64,000 bases of DNA, taken from positions 1,182,643-1,246,642 of the forward strand of contig CBDFJL010000003.1 in NCBI GenBank assembly GCA_965248495.1, in the 5' to 3' direction. Both the position numbers and the translations under genes were made by a program. This document shows positions 37,154-46,166 of this stretch, one piece after another (position 1 is the first letter of the stretch; the number at the start of each line of letters is the position of its first letter). The notes beneath the pieces were generated by a model. That model was given only the letters and a program-made list of their open reading frames with translations. It searched no databases and was not told the DNA's origin. The DNA is from Dehalococcoidia bacterium (GTDB taxonomy: Bacteria > Chloroflexota > Dehalococcoidia > Lucifugimonadales > Australimonadaceae).

Positions 37154-37388
37154 CTGTGCGTCCTCCTTGTGCTTCTGCTTGTTTGGCCCTGAGCTCCTCC
37201 ACCAGGCGCTCCACGTCTTCGGGGGCGATGCCCTGCTCTCGGGCGCGGCGCTGTCCGTAACGCACGAGGCTTCTCCACTCGCGGTCGTCCATGTAGAGGC
37301 GAAGGGCCTCCCGGATGAGCGAACTCATGGTGCGGTCCTCCTCGGCCATCACCTGTTTGACCTGCTCGGCCATCTCCGGGGAAGTCAT
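37146..37388 (-). CDS. ribbon-helix-helix (CopG-like) protein
   Basis: 80 aa; MSSLIREALRLYM RHH signature; 8-nt overlap with the recombinase start. Confidence 0.7.
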   Translation of the reverse strand: MTSPEMAEQVKQVMAEEDRTMSSLIREALRLYMDDREWRSLVRYGQRRAREQGIAPEDVERLVEELRAKQAEAQGGRTDE

Positions 37389-37392
37389 CGCT

Positions 37393-37947
37393 GGAGTGCC
37401 TCTGTACGGTCAGTCCAGCGATGACGTAGATGATGATTACAAACCAAAGAACTGCGGACCTACCAATGGAGCCATGATCGTTGACTACTACCGGATTCAA
37501 CTGAACTACACTCTATTTGATAGTTGGACCGATAACCACGACGCTTTGTACGATACGATGGATACAAACAATTGGTGCTGGCCCTACTCTTGCCCTGGGA
37601 CTCTACCAGGCCTTTTCGCCACGGGCTGGACAGACTATGCAGACGACCAAGGCTACGACTTCGACTACTCTGTTAAGCCAGGATGGGGATGGGGACAAAC
37701 GTGGAACGAAGTCACTGAGTCCATCGACGACGACAGACCCTTGGGCGTCATGTTTGCAGCTTGTGGATCGGCGCCAGACTTTCACTGGAACGCCATCAAA
37801 GGCTATGGAACCTGGGTTGACTCAAATGGGAACACAACTGACTGGATGGTAGTAAACGATCCTGCCGGGACTGAGGGTTTCGATGGTATCGTGAGTTGGT
37901 CGGCCAACTGGATTTGCCTCACCTTAGTGACCTTGGAGCCAGATTAG
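37393..37947 (+). pseudogene. 5-prime-truncated papain-fold peptidase (Peptidase_C39_2-like) domain
   Basis: VPLYGQ...KNCGPTNGAM (Cys), FHWNAIKGYG (His), VVNDP; no signal peptide or credible start; upstream part of the ORF is antisense to the RHH gene. Confidence 0.5.
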
Positions 37948-38061
37948 TAGTTGGTATGAACTTTCTCGCCGCACAATGTTATCTTCCTTAGGGGCCGGGC
38001 AAGGGTATACCTCGCCCGGCCCCTCTGCGCAGGGGGAGTACCGACCTAGTAGGGGTATGAA

Positions 38062-39036
38062 TTGGACTTCTGGGTTTGGATAATCGGGGTCAACCTGTTG
38101 CCATTGGCAGCAGTATTGTGCCTCACATGGTCCCGTGCACGTGTTGCCATCCCATGGTTGGGGCTGGCGACGGTGACCGTTGGAACCCATCCAGCCTTCA
38201 GTTCGTCAAATACACTCGTAGCCGAGGGCACCATCGGCGTCGGGCTCGGCTGGCTCACCACAACGCTCTATGGTCTCATCGGTTTGGTTCTCGTTGTTGG
38301 CTCTGTTCGGCTTCGACCCGTACCGTACGTTGCCCTCGGTGCCATCGCCGCAGGCTTCATCTTTATCGCTTCCTTCTACGCATACCTGCCACCTTTCGGC
38401 TCAGGTCTACCTGGCATGCTCATATTCGCCGCACCGGGCCTTGTGTTCGTCGTCTACGGGGTCGCCTTATGGCATAGACACGGCTTCTCCCCTTCCATGC
38501 GAACTCAGGGCTTGGGCATGGGTCTAGTTCTATCGCTGGGGATCGTCGTTGGTTTGGGAGCTATCGGCTTCTTCGCTTATCAAAGCGATCGGAACGATCC
38601 ACCCTCTTGGGCAACGAGGCCGCTCGATTTGCCGCGTCTGGCGGCGGGCTCTCTAGTAGCAGTCGAAGGCACCGTGGTTGAAGAGGACTCTGGGACCATC
38701 AAGTTACAAAGGCCTAGCGGGAGAACGTTCGACAGGGTATACACGCTCTACCAGATAGAGGTGTCCCAGTTCTGGCGAGGACGGCTGGCTGAGACAGTTT
38801 CTGTAGCCATCCCGGACTACAGTCCAGTAGAGCTCAAAACAGGCCAGTCGTACCTCTTTTTCTTCTCGGGGAGGGCCGACCAAGAGAAGTTCCCGGGCTA
38901 TTGGTCGCTAAGCGAGCCAGAGCAAGTGTGGGTAGTCGGCGACAGCAACTTCAAAACCTACCCTGGCAGGATTCCCGAAAAAACAATCACGAGACAGGAG
39001 TTAACCGAAGTCCTAGCGGCGAATCCGAACAGCTAG
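38062..39036 (+). CDS. polytopic membrane protein with C-terminal extracytoplasmic beta-domain
   Basis: 324 aa; about 6 hydrophobic helices, then a domain of about 130 aa related to the repeats in 54340..55602. Confidence 0.6.
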   Translation: MDFWVWIIGVNLLPLAAVLCLTWSRARVAIPWLGLATVTVGTHPAFSSSNTLVAEGTIGVGLGWLTTTLYGLIGLVLVVGSVRLRPVPYVALGAIAAGFIFIASFYAYLPPFGSGLPGMLIFAAPGLVFVVYGVALWHRHGFSPSMRTQGLGMGLVLSLGIVVGLGAIGFFAYQSDRNDPPSWATRPLDLPRLAAGSLVAVEGTVVEEDSGTIKLQRPSGRTFDRVYTLYQIEVSQFWRGRLAETVSVAIPDYSPVELKTGQSYLFFFSGRADQEKFPGYWSLSEPEQVWVVGDSNFKTYPGRIPEKTITRQELTEVLAANPNS

Positions 39037-39817
39037 GTCCCAGAATCATTCACCCTTCGCTCCAGCGATGTCTCGACGCCGGATGATCCAGAGGGCCGCG
39101 CCGTTGAGCACGGCGATGTACGCAGTGAGGACAAAGAACGCATGCAACTGGCCCGGCAATCGCTGACCCTGACCAAACCGCCGATCTGGGTGGAGACTCC
39201 GGCGTCAGCTATCCATGAGTTGCTCTGTACCTCGGTCAGGGCCATCCAGCCTGCGATACTGGGTCCCACCTGCACAGACACGGTTACTGGATATTGAATG
39301 GGGCCTGGACGATGAGACTCAGCTGCGGCCCCCATGCGCATCCAGATATGCAGGCGCGCCAGGTCCTTCGCGTTGCTCAGGACGACAGTTCTCCCGCAGC
39401 CTGCTAGACCTTAGCCAGGAGATGTATGAATGGGCAATGGAACGTTCCGACGAATTGGGATGATCCTCTTATGGATGCCCCTTCTTGCATTGCTGTTTCC
39501 GCTGTTCCCGATTGTCTTGTATGTTACCTTCGCTGGCGGTTCCGTGAACATTCCGATGGGCTTTGGCGGTCTTAGCTTTAGTTATCGCGGACGCCGCCAG
39601 GCCACGTATGGTCAAGAGCGATCCCGCCGGTTGTCTCTGAGTTCGCGGATGATAGGCTTGGACTTGGAGTTCCGCGGTTACCACCATATCGCGGATATCG
39701 ACTATCCACTCCTCCCGGTTGTCGTAGGATGCTACATGCGAGGGTCGCGCGAGACTGGGTCCTCAGCGCATCCATCCAGTTAACATGCAATTCAACTAGA
39801 AAACAGCAGACGATGAA

Positions 39818-39859
39818 GCAAGGCCACGAGAGATTCTGGATCTCGTGGCCTTGCTTTTT
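39818..39859 (+). terminator. rho-independent terminator
   Basis: Perfect 14-bp stem GCAAGGCCACGAGA / TCTCGTGGCCTTGC, 9-nt loop, TTTTT. Confidence 0.7.
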
Positions 39860-39907
39860 GTCTCCAGTTCATGAACTGAAATCAGGAGACTCCTGGACGT
39901 TACGTCA

Positions 39908-40115
39908 TTGCTGCGTGACGAGTGCCTCAACGAGCACTGGTTCATGAGCCTTCCCGCGGCCCGGACCATCGTGGAGAGCTGGCGGGACGACTACAATGCC
40001 GTCCGGCCCCACAGCGCGCTCGACAACCGAACGCCCGAAGAGTTTGCAGGTCAAGTGGCTAGGAAAACGCCGGTCGGACTCTAGGAATCCTTGGACCTAG
40101 CCCGGGGGCAGGTCA
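39908..40115 (+). mobile_element. IS3-family 3-prime fragment (transposase C-terminus plus right inverted repeat)
   Basis: Translates to LLRDECLNEHWFMSL..ARTIVESWRDDYNAVRPHSALDNRTPEEF, the canonical end of the rve domain; ends ...GGGGGCAGGTCA. Confidence 0.75.
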
Positions 40116-41149
40116 CCGGCAACAGGGCCACCGTAGGGGTGCAACAGCCCTCGTCAGACCCGCACATCGAGCCGGTGGACGGCCCAGACCTGCCCCGGCT
40201 GACGCGGGAGGTTCTGGCGGTGGTCGAAAGGGCGAGGGCCAGGTGGGATGAGGCACCGAAGTATCCCGCCTACATGAGGCCGGCTCTCCCGACTCGAAAT
40301 CGGTCGCGCCGGGAACGGAGGTCGGCGCAAGGACCGGCGGTCGAGGGAGAAGGGGAGAGCACCCAACAGCAGGCGCTGAAGCTGTTCTAAGGCAGCGGGT
40401 TTGACTGCTAGGGTGTACAGGAAGGTCAACGAGGCAGGTGGTTCGCCCGTAGCGGCTGCCACCTGCCTCGTCCCCAGATACACAACGGTGTACGCCTATA
40501 TGTGGGCGCTTTATTGTATGGAGGGGGTTTGCGTTCTGGGAAGGGCCTGCGACGGTGGGATGTAAGGAGAAGGTAGAACTCAAACCGGCAACAGTACAAC
40601 CGCATCACAAAGCGCAATCGAGGCGGTCCGCTCCGACGGGCTCGCCATCACCGGAATTCTCCCGTCGCCACCGAATGGCAACCATAAACGAGGTCGCGCC
40701 TAGGCGGAAGATCTTCGCAACTAAACTGCTGGGGCGCGTACGCGACTGCATCGTGACCGACCGCCGAGGCAATGACTCTACTGACGTTGACTGATTTCGA
40801 CTGATTGCCCGGTGTGCTTGTCAACGACGATCCGACCTCGATGCCAATGAATTCCCTGAGTTTGACCTTGCCACCTACGGGGAGATCGACGGGGAGCCAG
40901 GAAGCTACGAGCTTGCGTGGTTCAGTTGACAGGGACGGCTGTGGGGGATCGCTTCTCCGTCTCGGCTGTTCAGGACTCAGCTCTGGAAGACAGCGTGAGG
41001 GTTAGGCTAGGATAGCAATTGTGACAAGCCTTACGGTCTTCCCAGCCACATCTCGAAAATGGTACTGCCTACCGTCCAATTAGGCCCACCAACGTGTACT
41101 GAACTGCGAACTGGGCCGTGGAGAGCCACCTCTGAGGCGTCTCCGCCCC

Positions 41150-41899
41150 CTATCGGGCTGTCCGGCGGCGTGGGTAGGGTGATTCCACTTTCTCAATCGA
41201 CATCAAACTGTCGGTTGGGATGCCAAGGGTGATGCTCACCTTGTTGTCCTTGTCCACGAGCATCTGATCGACGAGCAACCGCAGCACGTCCCTGCGCTTC
41301 TCGTCGGGGAGTTCATCGAGCCTGTCGCCGAATTCCCCGGCCCACTGGATGAGATTCTCCATCATGGTCCTCTTCTCAGATGCGCCAGACTCCCTGGTAC
41401 GGAGGTCATCCAGATCTGCTCGTGCGGTTTCCAGCCGTTCCGTGATGAACTTGCGTTGAAGGTCGAGCTGGTCCTCTGTAATCTTCCCAGACACGAACAG
41501 GCGAATGGCCCTTTCCTCCTCAGTCTGTACCTTCCGAAGCTCACGCTCCGCTTTGGCGGACCGCTTTTCCAGGGCACCGTCTTCCTGAGTGTCCATAGCC
41601 TCAATGCCAGCGACAATGAGTTCGGGATGCTGGATCATCTGCTTGACCTGGCTCCAGACCAACTCCTCCAGGCGTTCCGCCCTGATCATCGCTGGCCTAC
41701 GGCACCGGAGGCCGTCGCTGAGCATTCCGTAGCAGTGATAGTGCCGCTGAGGGGTGACCCTATCCTGCCTGTGGCGCTGGCCATTGCGTTTGACGTAGGT
41801 GCGGTTGGAGGAACGGGAGGCGAAGAGCCGCCCGCATTCGGCGCACTTAGCGAGGTGTTGGAGCAGGTAGAATGTCTTGGTGTTGCGCGTGGACCGCAC
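41150..41899 (-). pseudogene. large serine recombinase, C-terminal fragment only
   Basis: Zinc ribbon (CAECGRLF...YHCYG) and coiled-coil region present; catalytic resolvase domain absent. Confidence 0.7.
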
Positions 41900-41925
41900 C
41901 CTTCGGAGGATTCATTCCTTCGGTC

Positions 41926-42177
41926 CTTCGCTTACTCGCTGGATGTAGTGTCCCAGGTCCCCTATGGAGGGACTGTGCGAATGAAGCTCACGCTGCAGAA
42001 CGTCACCAATGAGCAGGTCAAGGTCGCTCTCGGCGGCAAGCCTGCTTATGACTTTGTGGTAACGACGTCTGACGGCGAAGGGGTCTGGAAATGGAAGTGC
42101 GGCAGGATCACCCTGGACGTGCTGGGTAATGAAACCCTGGACCCTGGGGAGAAGGCGGTCAAGTGGGTGAAGCTGCA
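41926..42177 (+). pseudogene. BsuPI-like (intracellular proteinase inhibitor) domain fragment
   Basis: VRMKLTLQNVTNEQVKVALGGKPAYDFVVTTSDGEGVWKW...LDPGE pattern; no start, fused in frame to unrelated sequence. Confidence 0.4.
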
Positions 42178-42183
42178 TATCAT

Positions 42184-42715
42184 GTGCGGGGTCCAGAGCA
42201 ACATCATCACGGCGGCCGACGCGACGGCCTCCATGTCGGCGGATGCTCCGTACCTTCCCGGGTTTGTCGCCGCAACTGCCGAGAACTTCCGCATCCGGGA
42301 TATCTCGGCGGACATGGCCTACTCCAGCAGGAACCTCCACGCCGTCGATGATGTAGGTGGGATTCCCTACATCCCGTTCAAGACCGGGGCTGTTGCGAAG
42401 CCAAAGAGGGCCAAGGCCGATCCTCTATGGGCGCAGATGTATCACCACTTCACCCTGCGGCAGGCCGACTTCAACCGCCACTACCACCTGCGGAGCAACG
42501 TGGAGACCTGCTTCCACATGATCAAGGCGAAGTTCGGAGATAAGGTGCGGGCCAAGTCGGACACCGCCATGGTGAATGAGACTCTGATGAAGGTGCTGTG
42601 CCACAACATCTGTGTCTTGGTCCGCACTATGTACGCCCTTGGCATCACCCCCGTATTCGACGAGGGGACTTTTGCATCAGAAACGCCCCTTGATGCAAAA
42701 GTCCTCGTCGCTTAG
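42184..42715 (+). pseudogene. DDE transposase C-terminal fragment (IS4/IS5-superfamily-like)
   Basis: ISADMAYSS...IPYIPFK...RSNVETCFHMIKAKFGD..RAKSD...NE.L.KVLCHNI blocks. Confidence 0.6.
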
Positions 42716-42825
42716 GGGTTTTGCATCAAAGCCCCACCAGACTTGACAAAATCAAGAACTTTTGCCCTCGGGTTCAGGCTGGAGGTGTAGTCCTCAATCT
42801 GCGACGGCCCGGAGATAGCGCGTAG

Positions 42826-43770
42826 GTGGATGTGACAATGGAGATGAAGTACGTCAGGCGATCGTTGTTTCGCAGGCTGATGTCGCGCTTGGTATTGCGC
42901 AGGCGAGGCTCCGACATGACCAGCCTTGCGATGCTTTCCTCTGGAGGAGGCGTTCCCATCCGGCAGACCAAGCTCGCGCCCGATGGTGTGGAGTTCTCCG
43001 AGGACGTGTCGGAGGCCAGGTGGGTAGAAGAGCGCCTGTCGGACTCAAACATGTCGACGGTGCGTTCCCTGTTACCAAACGGGTTTCCGGCATACGCCCG
43101 CGTGTTTCATCCCGCCTATCTGAAACACGATGAGGAGCAGCCCGTCCGATGGTCCACGGTGGCTTCGTGGACTGGACGGACCGTCCATCCCTTGATGCAG
43201 TTCGACCGTGTCGCAGGTCTGCCCGAAGGCCCTCACGTCAATGAACCAGACCCGCCGTGGGGTTCGCGTCCGACGGTCGGGTCAATTCCGGAAGCGGAGT
43301 GCCGTACCTTGGTCGAAACGCTCAGAGGCTTCACCACAATCCCCGACAGCTGCCACTTCTGCCTATGGGAAGGCTGGGGAAACCTCGACACCCGCCTCTA
43401 CAAGGCCGGTTCTCGTGTGAGAGCGCCGAACCGAGACCAGCTGCTGTTCCGCGGTCCTATCGACGCCATCATGGCCTTTCTCGCAACAGATTGGCCTCGC
43501 GGGAACGTCTGGAGCAACTCGCCGAACCTCTGGTGGCCGGAGGACCGGGCCTGGTGCGTGGCAACGGACATCGACCTGTGCCACACCTACATTGGCGGCA
43601 GCCGGGAGTGCATCGAGGTGATACTGAGCCACCCGGACCTGGAGGCGCTGCCCACGACCCTCGACGCGTCAACGCGCCGGAAAAGTTCCAGGGCGGCAGC
43701 GACTGAGCATGTCGTGTCTCTCGCCCGTAAACAACAAGCGTTCACACCGGTGACGCGGGCGGCAATGTAG
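42826..43770 (+). CDS. hypothetical protein, 314 aa (paralog of 49433..50245)
   Basis: Intact ORF; conserved blocks WVEERL, FHPAYL, CLWEGWGN, NLWWPEDRAWCVATDIDL. Confidence 0.6.
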   Translation: MDVTMEMKYVRRSLFRRLMSRLVLRRRGSDMTSLAMLSSGGGVPIRQTKLAPDGVEFSEDVSEARWVEERLSDSNMSTVRSLLPNGFPAYARVFHPAYLKHDEEQPVRWSTVASWTGRTVHPLMQFDRVAGLPEGPHVNEPDPPWGSRPTVGSIPEAECRTLVETLRGFTTIPDSCHFCLWEGWGNLDTRLYKAGSRVRAPNRDQLLFRGPIDAIMAFLATDWPRGNVWSNSPNLWWPEDRAWCVATDIDLCHTYIGGSRECIEVILSHPDLEALPTTLDASTRRKSSRAAATEHVVSLARKQQAFTPVTRAAM

Positions 43771-43929
43771 AGGCCAATAGATGCTTCAGTGTATGGAGCA
43801 CTCCGGCCAGAGGTGACTAAGTAAGGGAACGGTCGTCCATCGAGAGAATCGAAGCTTGAAGGTCACCGTTGAATCCTGGGTACCGGACTCATGTTCTGCT
43901 CTTAAGCCTGAGGAGTCGAGGAACAGATG

Positions 43930-43988
43930 GGCAGCAAAACGCCGGTCGTGCTCTAGGAATTCCTGGACCTAACCCAGGAGGCGGGTCA
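43930..43988 (+). mobile_element. solo IS3-family right-end remnant
   Basis: About 80 percent identical by eye to 40058-40115 (AAAACGCCGGTCG..CTCTAGGAAT..CTGGACCTA..GGTCA). Confidence 0.55.
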
Positions 43989-44161
43989 CGTGAGGTCCCG
44001 TAGTAAAGAGCCAGCGGTACGGCCCAGCCGTTAGCGAGCAGCATCATGTCTTCTATGCAGACCACCCTCGTCAACTGTCGCTCACCACAGCAGTGTAAGG
44101 AACCTATCGTCCCAATGGCCTGTATATTCCCAATGAAGGCCGCTGGCGACTAGGAGAGAAC

Positions 44162-44692
44162 GTGATCAACGAGCAGGATGCGGTCCGGCGCTGCCAGAGC
44201 GGCGACCGTGAGGCATTCCGTCGGATAGTGGAGTACTACGGGGACGTGCTGATGGGTACGCTCTATCTCATGACACATGACCGGGCGGTCAGCGAAGAGC
44301 TCGTCCAAGAGACGTTCGTGCGAGCCTGGAAAGGCATAGCAACGTTCCGTCTCGGCGAGCCCGTGAAACCTTGGTTGGTCCGAATCGCGGTCAACCAGGC
44401 GTTCAACGCGAAGGCTCGCCATCAGCTGTCAGTCGAACCGTTATCCGAGGCTGATCAAGGCAGCACGGACCCAGCGTTCGGCTATGTGAACGACAAGGAC
44501 GAGGTTCGGCGAGCGCTCAGCCAGCTGTCCGATGATCACCAGCGAGTAGTTGCTCTCCGCTACTTCACGGACCTATCGACGAGGGAAGTGGCGAATGCCC
44601 TCAGCCTCCGTGAGGGAACAGTCAAATCGCGCTTGAGCAGGGCGCTTGAGCACCTGCGAGAGATACTTGCAGACTGCGAGGACGAGACATGA
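44162..44692 (+). CDS. ECF-type RNA polymerase sigma factor
   Basis: 176 aa; region 2 (FRRIVEYYGD..., ELVQETFVRAW) and region 4 (VVALRYFTDLSTREVANALSLREGTVKSRLSRA). Confidence 0.85.
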   Translation: MINEQDAVRRCQSGDREAFRRIVEYYGDVLMGTLYLMTHDRAVSEELVQETFVRAWKGIATFRLGEPVKPWLVRIAVNQAFNAKARHQLSVEPLSEADQGSTDPAFGYVNDKDEVRRALSQLSDDHQRVVALRYFTDLSTREVANALSLREGTVKSRLSRALEHLREILADCEDET

Positions 44693-46122
44693 GCGAACAA
44701 GACGAGAAGACCGAACGCAGGCTGCGGACGGCGCTCCACGCGGCGGGGAGTGAGGCGCCCGCCCCTGCAGACCTGTGGGGGCGCATCGAGCCGCGGCTGG
44801 AGGGATCCACCACAACTTCCACCTGGTGGCAACGGCGATGGGCCTCCCTAGCAGTTGGCGCCGCCGCTACCGTCGTGCTGGCCGTCGGCGCCACTGGTAT
44901 CGTGCTGGTCGCGGCTGGTCTGACGGCAGGCAACGGCGATGGGCTGCTCGTCGCAGGCGATGAGAACTCATTCAGCCTCGTCATCAGATCAGATGACAGC
45001 GCTGGACTCCTAGATGTTGACGATGGAGCAGACACGCGCCTGTTGCGGTCGTTGGAGGAAGCGCAGTCGGGCGCGCTCGTGGTGCTGGCACCGCAGCCCA
45101 CCGGGACACCAGCGCCGTCGATTGCCTGGGGTCCTAGGGGGGATCCAGGGCCTGCGGGCACGCGGGGGCCAGCCCCGAGTCCCTCGGGCGACGCCCAGGA
45201 CTTCCCGGTCTTCAATAGCGAGCGCCAGGTCATCTCGCAGGCGTCGCTGACGGTCGAGGTAGAAGACGTCGGAACGGCCATCACCGAGCTCCGCGCCTTC
45301 GTGGAGTCGGTTGGAGGCTTTATCGAGCACGTCTCCACGACAGACGGCCCTCAGCCCGGACGCGGCTCCGCCACCATCCGCGTGCCTGCCGAGCAGTTCA
45401 ACCACACGATCGACCGCATCGAGGCGTTCGGCGAGGTGCTCGGACAGAGCCTTGGTCAGACCGACGTCACAGGTGACGCCATCGACCTCGCGGCCCAGCT
45501 TCGGAGCGAGCGGAGCGCTGAGGCGAGCCTGCTGAAGCTGCTCGACCGGGCCGTATCCGTCAGCGACGTGCTCACCGTGGAGCGGGAACTCGGGCGCGTG
45601 CGGGCAAACGTCGAGCGCTTGCAAGGGCAGCTCGACTTCATCGAACGTAGCGTCGCGCTCGCGACGATCACGGTGACCTTTGCGCTCCCTCCCGACCCAA
45701 CGGCCTCCGCTCCCTCAGCGTCCCTGCGGATCGAAGTGCGCGACGTGGAGCGTTCGGTCAGGCGCATCCGCGACCTGGTCGACCAAGCAGACGGGACGAT
45801 GGGCCAGGTGGTAACGGTCTCGACCCAACAAGACGGCCAGGAGGCGTTCCTGAGCTTCCTGGTGCCCGCATCCGCCTTCGACAGCGTCCTCACTTCCCTG
45901 GTGGGAGACGGAGTCGTCCTCCACCGGGAGGTGCGGAGCGACGGGCGACTATCCCAGGACGAGCCTGACAAAGACGCGCAAGCGAGGATCACCACGGAAC
46001 TCCAAAGCCCGGAAGAAGCGGACCCCTGGCGTTCCATCGGGATCCCTGTGGGTGGAGCGCTCATGTTCCTCAGCCTGGTCGGCGCTCTAACGCTCGCGTT
46101 CCGCGCGAGGCGACTGGTCTAG
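44689..46122 (+). CDS. membrane-anchored anti-sigma-like protein with DUF4349-type domain
   Basis: ATGA overlap with the sigma gene; one TM after a short cytoplasmic N-terminus; ASLTVEVEDV...LLKLLDRA...VERELGRVRANVERLQGQLDF; C-terminal TM. Confidence 0.65.
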   Translation: MSEQDEKTERRLRTALHAAGSEAPAPADLWGRIEPRLEGSTTTSTWWQRRWASLAVGAAATVVLAVGATGIVLVAAGLTAGNGDGLLVAGDENSFSLVIRSDDSAGLLDVDDGADTRLLRSLEEAQSGALVVLAPQPTGTPAPSIAWGPRGDPGPAGTRGPAPSPSGDAQDFPVFNSERQVISQASLTVEVEDVGTAITELRAFVESVGGFIEHVSTTDGPQPGRGSATIRVPAEQFNHTIDRIEAFGEVLGQSLGQTDVTGDAIDLAAQLRSERSAEASLLKLLDRAVSVSDVLTVERELGRVRANVERLQGQLDFIERSVALATITVTFALPPDPTASAPSASLRIEVRDVERSVRRIRDLVDQADGTMGQVVTVSTQQDGQEAFLSFLVPASAFDSVLTSLVGDGVVLHREVRSDGRLSQDEPDKDAQARITTELQSPEEADPWRSIGIPVGGALMFLSLVGALTLAFRARRLV

Positions 46123-46166
46123 CCAGTTCCGCAACGCTCGGCAACTATGGCCCATGCAGGATTGGG

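Noticed and set aside
39033-39400. Minus-strand ORF(s) that might be the tail of a transporter (…FFVLTAYIAVLNGAALWIIRRR…)
   Set aside because: The hydrophobic segments are short and split over two frames. There is not enough sequence to support a call, so at most this is an unidentifiable gene remnant.
41456-42715. 419-aa plus-strand ORF taken as a single gene
   Set aside because: It is chimeric. The first third is antisense to a recombinase fragment, and the rest joins two unrelated domain fragments without starts.
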